From contig JAYZAL010000088.1 in the NCBI GenBank assembly GCA_036339735.1, forward strand, positions 56,286-120,285: 64,000 nucleotides of DNA. Direction: 5' to 3'. The notes under the pieces are model-generated. The model saw only the letters and a list, made by a program, of their open reading frames with translations, made no database searches and had not been told where the DNA came from. Positions 38,252 through 48,531 of the stretch are shown here, one piece after another (the first letter of the stretch is position 1; the number at the start of each line of letters is the position of its first letter). The translations under genes were made by a program, and so were the position numbers. This DNA comes from Candidatus Poribacteria bacterium (GTDB lineage Bacteria; Poribacteria; WGA-4E; UBA9662).

Positions 38252-39162
38252 GATAGGTGGCCTCTCCAGCTGGTTTGGTGTTTCCAACCAACTGCTTGTT
38301 CTAGTTTTTGACAATTCAAAAAGGATTGGTATCCTACCAAATCCTGAGTGATTTCCAACAAATCAGGTCTGAAACGCTCGACTAACTCAGCGGACGATTC
38401 TAAAGCTGTTGTATCCTCTGAGTTCAGGAAATATACATCATGATCAGGGATAGAGTTGCCGCGTTGGCCCGTTGAGGATTCCATAATTAGGCGATGAGCG
38501 GAAGCCACATCCTCACTACCTACCCAACACCAAAGCCACGGGTTCCAGCTTCTGGCTGGTTGAACGTCTTCCGCCATAGTTACACGTCGTTCGGGTGGCG
38601 TAATACCTGCCGGTCGGGTCATATAAGTTCGAATACCATAAGCTCTAGTGTAGGTGGCTAATAGTTCTTCACCGGCACGTTTTGAATAGCTATAGGAGTC
38701 TTCAGGAAAGCAGGGATGAGTTTCGTCAATTGGTAATTGTTGGATTGGGAATGGTGTATTACTAATTCTAAAACCATGTCCTAAGGCACAGTTGCTACCT
38801 GACATGATAACACTTTTTACACCAGCCTCGACTGCTGCTTGTAGTAGATAATATGTACCAAGCATATTAGTCTTAAAAGTCGTATCGAATGGTACACCTT
38901 TTTCTTCCGCTGCAGTCCTGAGGTCCGGATGATCGACTGGATTAGGTTGGGCTCCCAAATGTTGGATGGCATCTATTCCTTGGACAGCTTTTTGACAGTC
39001 AGAAAAATTATTAAGATCGCCTTGAATCCATTGCAAATCAGCAAATTCCGCGCTAGGTGGACGACGAGAAGTCAATACTAGTTCGTAACGACTTTTTAAC
39101 TCACTAATGACATAGCCCGATAGTCGACCACTAGCTCCTGTAACCAAAACTTTCATAAACAC
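38248..39162 (-). CDS. NAD-dependent epimerase/dehydratase family protein
   Basis: 304 aa. VLVTGASGRLSGYV Rossmann motif and the catalytic YSYSK (YxxxK). Confidence 0.8.
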   Translation of the reverse strand: MFMKVLVTGASGRLSGYVISELKSRYELVLTSRRPPSAEFADLQWIQGDLNNFSDCQKAVQGIDAIQHLGAQPNPVDHPDLRTAAEEKGVPFDTTFKTNMLGTYYLLQAAVEAGVKSVIMSGSNCALGHGFRISNTPFPIQQLPIDETHPCFPEDSYSYSKRAGEELLATYTRAYGIRTYMTRPAGITPPERRVTMAEDVQPARSWNPWLWCWVGSEDVASAHRLIMESSTGQRGNSIPDHDVYFLNSEDTTALESSAELVERFRPDLLEITQDLVGYQSFLNCQKLEQAVGWKHQTSWRGHLS

Positions 39163-39366
39163 CTTTTAGATCTGAATTTTGTCGAATCAATAATGAGAGA
39201 AAAAACTGTTAACATTGAATAGAGACTGACACCTAATTTTATATACGGTTGACACGGATCGATAAGTGTCTGTATTATAATCATCAGATTTACCAACGAC
39301 AAGTCTCTCCTCAAAAAGTAGGCTTTCCTTTCGACCAAATCTATCAAGGAAAATCCCATACGATCA

Positions 39367-41241
39367 TTGAGTCAGCAACCAGAACTTGGTTCAAGTACCC
39401 GTTTCATTTCACGCGTTTTAATTTTTGGATCTCTCCTTATTGCATTAAATTGCTATTGGATTATTTCAGCGGAGAACCGAGTCGTATGGGAACTAACCGA
39501 TTTTTCGGTGTTTCCTACTGTTCTTTTTACTTTATTTGCTGTTTCTGGCGTAAATTTATTACTTAAGCGAACGTTCACCAGTCTGGCTTTACAAAACTCA
39601 GAGATCGCTACTATTTACATTATGGTCTCGGTATCGACCGCCTTGGCTGGACACGATATCATTCGACAGTTAGTGCCACTGATGGCAAATCCATTTTGGT
39701 TTGCCACTCCAGAAAACGAATGGGAGGAGCTATTTTTTCGTTATCTGCCTGATTGGTTAACAGTTCCAAATAGAAGTTTATTACGTGGTTACTTTGAAGG
39801 AGACGAAAATTTTTGGCAACCTCAATATTTTAATGCTTGGATTTTTCCTATATTGGCTTGGAGCGTTTTTGTAATTCTGTTGCTATTCGTCACTCTATGT
39901 ATTAATATCATTATCCGTCAACAATGGATTGAGCATGAGAAACTCAGTTATCCACTGACAGTCATGCCAATTGAGGTCATTTCAGATACCTCCAAACTCT
40001 TTTCAAATAAACTCGTGTGGATCGGGTTTTTGATAGCATTTGGTTTAGAGATAATAGCTGGCTTAAACTACCTCTACCCTTCAGTTCCCCCGCTAAAGAT
40101 AAAATATATAGTTCCCACAAACATTCGCCCTTGGAATGCTATGAGTTGGGGATTTGCTATTTACATTTATCCGTTTGCCATAGGGTTAGCTTACCTAATG
40201 CCGTTGGATCTTTCTCTGTCCCTTTGGTTTTTCCTACTAACCTGGAAGTTACAACCGGTGATTTTAACTGTGCTTGGATTTAATACGGCCGTTGGGCTGA
40301 TGAATGAACAACGATCAGGAGCTTGGATCGGTATTGGCGTAATTGCACTGTTAACCAGTCGTAATCACATTATCAAAATAGTGAAAGGTGTATTGACTCG
40401 AAGAGAAAATAGCAGTTTATACTATCTAGCCGTTTTTGGCATGATTTTTGGCACTGCACTGATGGTTCTATTTTGGTATCAAGCCGGTCTATCTCCTTGG
40501 GTTGCCATAACTTACTTCTTGATTTACTTTGTAATTTGTATTGGAATGACCCGAATGCGAGCTGAATTGGGACCACCAACTCACGAACTACACGGTGCAC
40601 ATCCAGACCGATTAATGGCCGGTTTTCTTGGCACACGCGCAATTGGTCCCGCTAACTTAACTAATACTACCCTACTTTCTTGGTTAGCTTATGGATACCG
40701 ATGCCACCCGATGCCGCACCAATTAGAAGGATTCAAAATTGGTTCCTATTTTGATGTCCGCTATCGCCGTTTGATAATTTCCATGATTGTTGCCTCGATC
40801 GTTGGAGCTTTCCTATCAATTTTGCTTCATGTCTCTCTTTATCACCGTTTTCAGTTTGCTCGATGGGGAGTTGGTGAATTCAACCATTTGAGAAATCAGA
40901 TTTTATTTCCTAAAGAAGCAAATCTTGAAGCCATGCAGCATGTAGGCATTGGGTTTGTAATCACAGCAGTTTTGACGGTACTTAAACGTCGTTTTATTTG
41001 GTGGCCTTTCTATCCAGCTGGTTATGCTGTTAGTAAAGGATGGGCTATGACTTGGATGTGGTTCTCTATTTTACTAGGATGGCTAGCCAAAAGACTAATG
41101 TTTGCCACCGGTGGTGTGAAATATTACCGAATAATGCTACCTCTATTTCTGGGTTTTATATTTGGACAATTCTCAGCAGGTAGTTTATGGAGTTTGATAG
41201 CCATAATCACTGGTAAAAACATGTATACGATGTTCCCCTGA
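39367..41241 (+). CDS. uncharacterised polytopic membrane protein, paralog 2 of 3
   Basis: 624 aa. Same motif set as 6738..8690 (FATPENEWEELFFRYLPDWLTV, RPWNAMSW, HPMPHQLEGFKIG, WWPFYPAGY, ending ...YTMFP). Divergently transcribed from the epimerase/Gfo pair. Confidence 0.5.
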   Translation: MSQQPELGSSTRFISRVLIFGSLLIALNCYWIISAENRVVWELTDFSVFPTVLFTLFAVSGVNLLLKRTFTSLALQNSEIATIYIMVSVSTALAGHDIIRQLVPLMANPFWFATPENEWEELFFRYLPDWLTVPNRSLLRGYFEGDENFWQPQYFNAWIFPILAWSVFVILLLFVTLCINIIIRQQWIEHEKLSYPLTVMPIEVISDTSKLFSNKLVWIGFLIAFGLEIIAGLNYLYPSVPPLKIKYIVPTNIRPWNAMSWGFAIYIYPFAIGLAYLMPLDLSLSLWFFLLTWKLQPVILTVLGFNTAVGLMNEQRSGAWIGIGVIALLTSRNHIIKIVKGVLTRRENSSLYYLAVFGMIFGTALMVLFWYQAGLSPWVAITYFLIYFVICIGMTRMRAELGPPTHELHGAHPDRLMAGFLGTRAIGPANLTNTTLLSWLAYGYRCHPMPHQLEGFKIGSYFDVRYRRLIISMIVASIVGAFLSILLHVSLYHRFQFARWGVGEFNHLRNQILFPKEANLEAMQHVGIGFVITAVLTVLKRRFIWWPFYPAGYAVSKGWAMTWMWFSILLGWLAKRLMFATGGVKYYRIMLPLFLGFIFGQFSAGSLWSLIAIITGKNMYTMFP

Positions 41242-41367
41242 AGAGATTGTTTATGTGGGATTCAGGATTTTGAATAAAATCTATGTCCAGAATTTATTAG
41301 GTCAAAAATTGCACAATATCTACTCGTAGTAGTTAAGCTTAGTATAGATAAAAAGTGTAATATTGGA

Positions 41368-41398
41368 ATGACACGGATGCTGGTGAAAATGGTATAAT
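41368..41398 (+). promoter_or_regulatory. candidate sigma70-like promoter (aTGACA, 19-bp spacer, TGgTATAAT extended -10) about 230 bp upstream of the LamG-like gene
   Basis: ATGACA at 41368-41373. TG at 41390-41391 followed by TATAAT at 41393-41398. Pattern match only. Confidence 0.25.
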
Positions 41399-41630
41399 CT
41401 TCGCTTCTTTCAAAAAGAACACAAAATCTTGTTTTCTAGTATGTACTTATATCCAACTACAATGGAACGGGAACGATGTATAACAAGTAGATGTCTTGCT
41501 CGAGAAGATATTTGTGTGTGATGAACAAGCCTAACTATTTTGTTTATCCTAAACCAATCGAAATCAACCAATTGGCTAGCGTAGTTAAAAAATAAATGAT
41601 AATAAATAAATAGCCAAAAAGGGGAAAATT

Positions 41631-42407
41631 ATGTTTTTCAATCATAAAGCTAATAAACTATTCATACTACTGTTAATAGGTATTGTTTCTTCATTGCAAA
41701 CTCTCAGTTGGTCAGTAGAACCTGATAAAGATTTACTTCTATATTTTCCAATGGAAAAAGATCTCTTAGATGCCAGTGGAAACAAAAATGATGGAGAACT
41801 TGCAAATGGAAAAGTATCTTTGCAAAAAGGAAAATTTGGAAAAGCTATTGAATTAGCAACGGATCAGCCAATTGTAATCGAACCTTCGGATAGCTTACAT
41901 GGGGATATATTTCTCGAACCGTTTACTTATACCTTATGGATAAACCCAGATTTCAAAGGAACGGAGTGGGGCCATTTATGGCGTAGTTTGCCTGGAGCTT
42001 CTGGGCATAATACTTTATTTCTCAACTCGGCTCAAGGATTATTCTCTTTTAGAGGTGTCGTCGGTGGGTGGACCATTCTCTGTCAAACTGACGGTGGATT
42101 AGTCAAAAAGAACACTTGGTACCAAGTTACTCTAACTTCTGATACTAAGAAATTTAGAATCTATCTCAATGGAAAGCTAGAAAAAGAAGCTGACTACCAA
42201 AAGACAGCAGGAAAAATTGCGGAGTTTCGCATCGGTGGTTCTGGTGGTGAAACTTATTCAGGTTTGATAGATGACGTTGCTTTTTACAGACGAGCCTTGG
42301 GCAAAAACGAAATCGAATCCATTACCGAAAGTGGAATGGAAGCGTTTCTCTCAGTCGATCCTAAAAGAAAACTAACGGTCAGTTGGTCCAGAATAAAGAC
42401 AGAATAG
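41631..42407 (+). CDS. secreted LamG-like (concanavalin A-like lectin/glucanase fold) domain protein
   Basis: 258 aa. Signal peptide, then a jellyroll-type pattern ending with the DD.AFY (LIDDVAFYRRAL) motif characteristic of LamG/laminin-G_3 domains. Confidence 0.55.
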   Translation: MFFNHKANKLFILLLIGIVSSLQTLSWSVEPDKDLLLYFPMEKDLLDASGNKNDGELANGKVSLQKGKFGKAIELATDQPIVIEPSDSLHGDIFLEPFTYTLWINPDFKGTEWGHLWRSLPGASGHNTLFLNSAQGLFSFRGVVGGWTILCQTDGGLVKKNTWYQVTLTSDTKKFRIYLNGKLEKEADYQKTAGKIAEFRIGGSGGETYSGLIDDVAFYRRALGKNEIESITESGMEAFLSVDPKRKLTVSWSRIKTE

Positions 42408-42491
42408 ATGATGTCCAAGGTATCAGCTATCAACTCGATTCCTCGTACAATTTAAATCATCAATATTTGAATCACAATATTTATTGATGGT

Positions 42492-42547
42492 CTTTCGTTG
42501 CAGTTACTTATCGGTCAATGCCGAATGGCAAGTAACTGCAACGAAAG
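42492..42547. terminator. 18-bp perfect inverted repeat (20-nt loop) between convergent genes, with a T-run 15 nt downstream on the plus strand
   Basis: CTTTCGTTGCAGTTACTT at 42492-42509 pairs with AAGTAACTGCAACGAAAG at 42530-42547. GTTTTTCTC follows at about 42560. Confidence 0.45.
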
Positions 42548-42711
42548 GACTGATCCGTCAAGTTTTTCTCGATTGTTTAGAATGTAACTAGTAATCGATG
42601 TTCAATTTTGGTATCTGGAACAATTTAATAAAACTTGCGTTTGTCGACTTGTGTAAACTCAGTACGAAACAACAAACACGAAAATTTTATTAGGATGAAT
42701 AATTCTTTGAA

Positions 42712-43872
42712 TTAACAAAAATCGTTCCCGCCTCTGATAATTGTGTAAACGTTTGTAGCACTTGCCACATAGTTGGGCACTTTAAAGTAATCCTTATTCA
42801 CACATTCGTTTATACCGTTTTCCCTGAAGTCTTGTATTACTTCGTTCAAGATTTCTTTCGCAATCCTGAGGCTTTTTCGGGAAATGACCGGTATGACCCA
42901 TGCTAACGGTGTTGCCCAAAAAGCTCCATTCTGGTACGTGCCAGTTTCACACGAGATAAATGTTTTATCCCAACCTTTATCTCTTGGCGACAAGTGCTTC
43001 AGCTGACCTTTAAAAAATAGTTTTTCCTTATTATCAATTAAATATTGGATAATTCTGTTCGTTTGCTCTGGGGTTGTTATTCCTACAGCAACAGCAAATG
43101 CACTCCCCCAAATATCAATTTGTCGACAATCGATAGTAGCAGCCAAAAACATTCCTGATTCGCTATCATAAAGCTTGCTGATATTTTTCTTAATGTTTTC
43201 TCTCCAAATCCTGTAGCATTCCCCGCTATCTATGGAATATTTCATGCATAATTTTTCCATTTCCATACTAGATTGAAAAAACAAAAGAGATGAGAATAAA
43301 AGATTACCAGTCTTTTTCACAATATCCGTGAATCCATAGTTACACTGAGGATTCAAGGGGTCATTGAATACTAAACCATCTTTATCTCTATTAACAAATC
43401 GTAACCCATCTTTAATAACCGTTTGCATTTTCGTAAAGAATTCATCATCTTCAAAACGGTTAGTGTACGAACATAAAAGCAATGCCGTGAATGGACCATT
43501 ATCAAGTGCATGATCGGCTAGCGGACTTAAATCTCCTCCAGGACTATATATTGGTTGACCATCGGAATTTACTCGGTCAGGCATGCAACCATCTTTTCTC
43601 TGTCCATTTATCAAATACTTGATGCAAATCTTGATTTCTTCTGGATCCATCAGGTCTCCAGCATATTCGACCATATAGTAGAAATCTCTCGTCCATAAGG
43701 CTTTGTAATTACCTATACCGTCTGGTGTATAAAGCCATAAACCTGATGATGACCTTATTCTAGACCCATTTAGTTGATCCTTGGTCGCCTGCGTTAACCA
43801 ATATGTATCAGCTCGAGAAGGGCCATATGTATTTTCAGAAAAATTAAAGTCTTTTGGGTAATGATCCGACAC
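42712..43872 (-). CDS. hypothetical protein, possibly (alpha/alpha)6-barrel glycoside hydrolase-like
   Basis: 386 aa, no signal peptide. WTRDFYYM and W/Y-rich segments reminiscent of six-hairpin glycosidases, but no catalytic signature could be confirmed. Confidence 0.3.
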   Translation of the reverse strand: MSDHYPKDFNFSENTYGPSRADTYWLTQATKDQLNGSRIRSSSGLWLYTPDGIGNYKALWTRDFYYMVEYAGDLMDPEEIKICIKYLINGQRKDGCMPDRVNSDGQPIYSPGGDLSPLADHALDNGPFTALLLCSYTNRFEDDEFFTKMQTVIKDGLRFVNRDKDGLVFNDPLNPQCNYGFTDIVKKTGNLLFSSLLFFQSSMEMEKLCMKYSIDSGECYRIWRENIKKNISKLYDSESGMFLAATIDCRQIDIWGSAFAVAVGITTPEQTNRIIQYLIDNKEKLFFKGQLKHLSPRDKGWDKTFISCETGTYQNGAFWATPLAWVIPVISRKSLRIAKEILNEVIQDFRENGINECVNKDYFKVPNYVASATNVYTIIRGGNDFC

Positions 43873-44196
43873 CCATCGCTCCTTAAATACCTGTATTATA
43901 GGTTAAAAAAGTTTCGGATTTTCGAACTGTCTGGCTATTTCAGCGAATTTTTGTCATGATGTTTATTACTTAACTTTTAATTTGGTCACTTTGAACGAAA
44001 TAAGATGAACGCTGAATTAGTCGTAGGGATAATGAAATTCAAAAATGAATATTATTGTTCAAAAAGAAGATATCATTCATAAGATATTACTTTCATAGTT
44101 CTAACGCAAATGGTTTTATTGTAAAATAACCTCGTTTGAGAATTCTATAGATTTAAGTTTTAAATATCCATATAAAATGGGAGCTTTCATAATATT

Positions 44197-46203
44197 ATGC
44201 AAACTTTTTCTTCTTCCCTCCTATCAAACGATAAAGATACAGATCAACAACTTGTATTGAAAGGTACAAATGTCACACCACATCTTATCGCGGAATCGAT
44301 GAGATACAGTGAACCCCCTGAACCAGCCTCAGGTGCCAAAGTTCAGCTTTTTTTGTACAATAATAGCTCTAAATCTTTGTCGATCACCAATCAAACTCCT
44401 GTTCAGTTTGCTGGAAAATCTGCCCAAGAGTTATTGGAAGAAAATATTTGGTCTTGGCATGACACTCCGTCAGTACGAAACGATTTGGACCTTCTCGATT
44501 CAGATCAGATGACCGTTTGGACTTTCAATAGCAAACACCCAACTTTTGGTCCTAATGCAGAACTGAACATGAAAATTGGTCCTACTAACGAACCATGGCT
44601 TTCGGGAAATCTAAGCCTAAAACCTTCTAAGTGCTGGATGTCATCTGTGACTTTTTTAGCGCCAGAAGGCGAAATCCATCCAGAAAATTTAGTCATTCAT
44701 ATGGCAAACACATCTGAAAAAGATATTTCTATTAGTTCTTGTCGGCTTTGGCTAGCCAATGAGCCCTCAACTCCCCGTATACTTTCACTACAAAAAATAT
44801 TGGAGCCAATCAAATTATTCAATGATCAAGAGGTAATTCCCGCGAGCGAACTTGGTGGGTTCATGATCAAAACTGATCCACTACCGCTGACATATGCAGC
44901 TATTGAGATTATTATTACACCAACTGATGGTCCCTCCTATTCTATCTGGTCTTATCTTCGTATCAAAGTGGAACAATTTGATATTTCAGGAGGATGGGTC
45001 AACGATTCAGGAAATCATCTTCAAAATGAGAATTTTCTTAAAACACTTAAACGACTATATGTCAACACTTCACATAATTCCATTATGGACGGCTATAGCG
45101 ATACTGATTTGTATGAAAAGTATCCTTTGAAGTATTTTGGTGGCTTACAGCCTTTTGAAGTTTATGATACCGATGAGATGTTGCCCAAAATCCATGCTGT
45201 CGAGTTTTTGGGAGAGCCACAATATGGCGGAGGAACTCCCGTACCTCCACAAGACGTTTGGGAAGCTCTGTCACCTTACGCTGTTACCCGATTAGCCACT
45301 ACCTTGACACACAGCGAAGAACGAATATGGCGTGATTACGCAGGTTTAAGTGATTACCCACATTATGACGCTTATCGTGTGTCGGCACCTTCTCCTGATT
45401 CTTGGAGAAAATATGATCGTTGGAATGGAAACATAATTGGTTGGGGTTCGCCTCTTGAAACTATTGGAGACATGTGCCGATCACTCAAGGAACTCAATCG
45501 ACCAATGCCTTGCGCGATTTGGTCTCAGGGACCTCATCACAATTGGTCGGTATATGATCATCGAACAAGGACCTCTCCGACCCCAACGGAAATTAGAATG
45601 CAAGCCTACCACGCTATTTCAACACGTATTACTTCGCTTTACTGGTTTAATCTTAGTTTGAAGTCTCTATGCTCATGGAGAGATACTATGGAGGAACTGG
45701 TACATATTGGGCGCGAACTCAGACTGATTGATGAATTTTTATTGGAAGGCGATGCTTATGAGCATAAACGTCTGACGGATACAAATGGACATTTAGATTG
45801 GGATATTTCTTCTGTTTTTGGCCCCAGAGCAGGGATCTTGTTCGCAATGGATATTAACTACGAGCCTGACTTAGAAGAAAGGGTTTTCAAATACGGACCT
45901 CCCAGAAATGCACAATGGTCATTCTCACTTCCTACTTATTTACAAAAGGTCAGTGATGTATTTAGGATAGATGCTGATGGGGTCTATGATGTCGACTGGA
46001 ACCTAGTTGACAACTCGATCGAAATTTCTAACCAAGCCAGTCAAGTTATGGTTTATCTCGCAACTGAGGATCCGAAACTACGATTTAAGCTAGAAGTCAA
46101 ACGTCAGCAATTATTGGAAGAAGAAAGCAGAATTGGATTTGATCCTGTGAAAAACGATGCAGACTTTCATACTTTGCAGGAAGTTCTTGGATCTGCAGAT
46201 TAA
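44197..46203 (+). CDS. large hypothetical protein (668 aa), no recognisable family
   Basis: Long ORF of coding-like composition, with no signal peptide, TM segment or motif I can assign. Confidence 0.5.
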   Translation: MQTFSSSLLSNDKDTDQQLVLKGTNVTPHLIAESMRYSEPPEPASGAKVQLFLYNNSSKSLSITNQTPVQFAGKSAQELLEENIWSWHDTPSVRNDLDLLDSDQMTVWTFNSKHPTFGPNAELNMKIGPTNEPWLSGNLSLKPSKCWMSSVTFLAPEGEIHPENLVIHMANTSEKDISISSCRLWLANEPSTPRILSLQKILEPIKLFNDQEVIPASELGGFMIKTDPLPLTYAAIEIIITPTDGPSYSIWSYLRIKVEQFDISGGWVNDSGNHLQNENFLKTLKRLYVNTSHNSIMDGYSDTDLYEKYPLKYFGGLQPFEVYDTDEMLPKIHAVEFLGEPQYGGGTPVPPQDVWEALSPYAVTRLATTLTHSEERIWRDYAGLSDYPHYDAYRVSAPSPDSWRKYDRWNGNIIGWGSPLETIGDMCRSLKELNRPMPCAIWSQGPHHNWSVYDHRTRTSPTPTEIRMQAYHAISTRITSLYWFNLSLKSLCSWRDTMEELVHIGRELRLIDEFLLEGDAYEHKRLTDTNGHLDWDISSVFGPRAGILFAMDINYEPDLEERVFKYGPPRNAQWSFSLPTYLQKVSDVFRIDADGVYDVDWNLVDNSIEISNQASQVMVYLATEDPKLRFKLEVKRQQLLEEESRIGFDPVKNDADFHTLQEVLGSAD

Positions 46204-46235
46204 TATCGTTTATTAAATCACTGATATCTTCCTTG

Positions 46236-46301
46236 AAAATAACTTTGTTCAGTTATTAGTCATGTTGATTCATTCAGTCATCAATTGAACAAAGTTATTT
46301 T
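46236..46301 (+). terminator. 16-bp perfect inverted repeat with 34-nt loop followed by a T-run, 3' of the 668-aa ORF
   Basis: AAAATAACTTTGTTCA at 46236-46251 pairs with TGAACAAAGTTATTTT at 46286-46301, followed by TTTATC. Confidence 0.4.
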
Positions 46302-46476
46302 TTATCATACTGATTGTTCAAAGCTAAAAATCACCTAGATTGTCGTGCCTTCATCGGCGCGATATTACTAATCATATTAATTCATTTTCTCAGCTCAGAA
46401 CAGATTGAAAGATAATAAATTGATAAGCTTATACATTGAGTATCAAAAAGTCCTATTCACTTGATAACTAGTTTAA

Positions 46477-47178
46477 ATGAAAAACCAAACAATATTTACT
46501 ATAGGCCACTCAAGGCACAAAATTGATTGCTTTATAAAGCTATTGCGTTGCTATCAGTGTAATATCATCATCGATGTCAGAAGCCTTCCATATAGTCGAA
46601 TTGCCCCACAGTTTAACAGAAATAGATTGAGTTTATCCTTAAGAGAAAACAAGATACACTATATGGATTTTCAAAACGAATTCGGTGCAAGACAAACGAG
46701 TGCTTACTTGCTGGACCCTAATGGGAAAGTCGATTTTGATAAAGTAAGATTGAGTTCTTCATTCAGGGATGGGATAGCTAGACTCACAAGAGGGTTAGAT
46801 TTAGGATATAGAATTGCATTAATGTGTTCAGAAGCTGACCCTTTTGAATGCCACCGTTTCTCTTTAATTTCATATCAGATTATTCAAGAAGGTGGTCGAG
46901 TCAGTCATATATTGAAAGATGGCGATCTGAAGGAAAATGGAAAAATGGAAGACGAACTAATTTCTAAATATAAAAACAAACTACCACAGAGCGACTTATT
47001 TAAACAAATTACAAGGAAAGATCAAATTGAAAAAGCTTATCGACTTAGAGGTAAGGACATAGCTTTTTCTTTGGCAGAACAAAAAGAAAAAATGAAAGCT
47101 AAAGAAATAGAATATTCAGTACAGTTACCCAGTAATATTTTACAAAATCAACACTATAAAACACCTAATTTGTTTTAG
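46477..47178 (+). CDS. DUF488 (YeaO-like) family protein with C-terminal extension
   Basis: 233 aa. Classic DUF488 N-terminus IFTIGHS....F...L....IIIDVRSLPYSRIAPQFNR. Confidence 0.65.
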   Translation: MKNQTIFTIGHSRHKIDCFIKLLRCYQCNIIIDVRSLPYSRIAPQFNRNRLSLSLRENKIHYMDFQNEFGARQTSAYLLDPNGKVDFDKVRLSSSFRDGIARLTRGLDLGYRIALMCSEADPFECHRFSLISYQIIQEGGRVSHILKDGDLKENGKMEDELISKYKNKLPQSDLFKQITRKDQIEKAYRLRGKDIAFSLAEQKEKMKAKEIEYSVQLPSNILQNQHYKTPNLF

Positions 47179-47324
47179 AATGATGTTTGTGGGCAAGATT
47201 AAATTCGATATAAATTCCACTAGTGTAGTAAAAGACCTAGTCACAGAAGCTAGTGTCGCCGAGATTAAGCGTAAATCCCAAAATCAATCTTATTTTTTAT
47301 TTATGCAATAATAAAATTTGTTCA

Positions 47325-48341
47325 TCAAGTTTCTGCTGATTTTTGTTCTAGAGAATCCATTTTGGGATGAATCAGCCGTCTCCACAATGGAGGTATCATA
47401 CAAGGCCAAAAGCAAGCAAAATACCCTGATGGAAGTTTAAGTGACTTAGTTGTTGATTTAAGTTGCCAGAATGGGATATTTGCTTTTAAATGATGCGATG
47501 AATGCCGACTCAGTTCCAACAACATCCACCGACTCCAACGAGCTTCAGAATCCCAGCTATGGAGTTCTGAAACAGATTCTCCATCCTCTCGGCGAAGTCC
47601 ATAGTGCCGAATATAGTTTACATATTCGAGAAGAAATACCGCTGATGCTGAATAAATCAACCATGCCGAACTCATGAAGGGATCATATAAAAAGAGCGCC
47701 ACGACAATAACAAGTGATAATGCAGTTCTCAGCAAAATAGGGTTGCGAATACCAGAAGATTTTTGTTCCATTTCTCTATATATACTGACCCATTGAAGAG
47801 GAATAGTTAATGCAAGATGTTTCCAGAACCCTCGGTTCCTAGGTGCGCTTGCACCGTCTTTACTCGTTGCCACGTATCGATGGTGATTTCGGTTATGTTC
47901 TTGTGTGAAGTGTGGGTAGGCTACCACTTGCATCATCAAATTTGCTAACCATCGACGTGGTCCTCGATTGTAATGCCCGAGTTCATGAGCCGGAACAATA
48001 CCCGAGACCCCAGCACAGAATCCACTAGAAATAGCCGCAATTTTTGTATGCCAAAAAGAATCATTATTATCAATTAATACAAATAATGAGGCCAAAATAG
48101 CCAGCTGAAAAACAACATGTAGAGCAGGTATCCATTCGAGATAGAATGGGGGGTGGAAGACTGGAAAATTTTCTTTTTCAACACTGAAAAACACATCCAG
48201 CAATGGGTATATAACAAGAGGAATTATAATTCCTAGGCAGGTTGTCCAACCGCCCACAAACATTGTGGTAAAGACAATTGTCGGTTGGATAAAACTGAGC
48301 AGGTAAATGTGGCTGAATTTCACTCGCTTTGATTCAAGCAT
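47325..48341 (-). CDS. AlkB-like integral-membrane alkane hydroxylase / fatty-acid desaturase family di-iron protein
   Basis: 338 aa. TM helices plus three histidine boxes HELGHY, EHNRNHH and LSRHSSHHL, matching the AlkB HELGHK / EHNRGHH / LQRHSDHH pattern. Confidence 0.75.
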   Translation of the reverse strand: MLESKRVKFSHIYLLSFIQPTIVFTTMFVGGWTTCLGIIIPLVIYPLLDVFFSVEKENFPVFHPPFYLEWIPALHVVFQLAILASLFVLIDNNDSFWHTKIAAISSGFCAGVSGIVPAHELGHYNRGPRRWLANLMMQVVAYPHFTQEHNRNHHRYVATSKDGASAPRNRGFWKHLALTIPLQWVSIYREMEQKSSGIRNPILLRTALSLVIVVALFLYDPFMSSAWLIYSASAVFLLEYVNYIRHYGLRREDGESVSELHSWDSEARWSRWMLLELSRHSSHHLKANIPFWQLKSTTKSLKLPSGYFACFWPCMIPPLWRRLIHPKMDSLEQKSAET

Positions 48342-48531
48342 AATTAGGGGTCTTCAGTATTTGACAGTTTTAATTTTCTTTTCCTTTATAGGAAATTAGC
48401 TTTCACACTTGTACAGATATTTTTATTTTTTACAATCAGATACCTGTGAGCGACAGACAAGATTAGATTAAAAACCCTACTAGTTGATTATGAACGAGAT
48501 AAGACGAATTAATTCTAGATCTATCCCCGGG

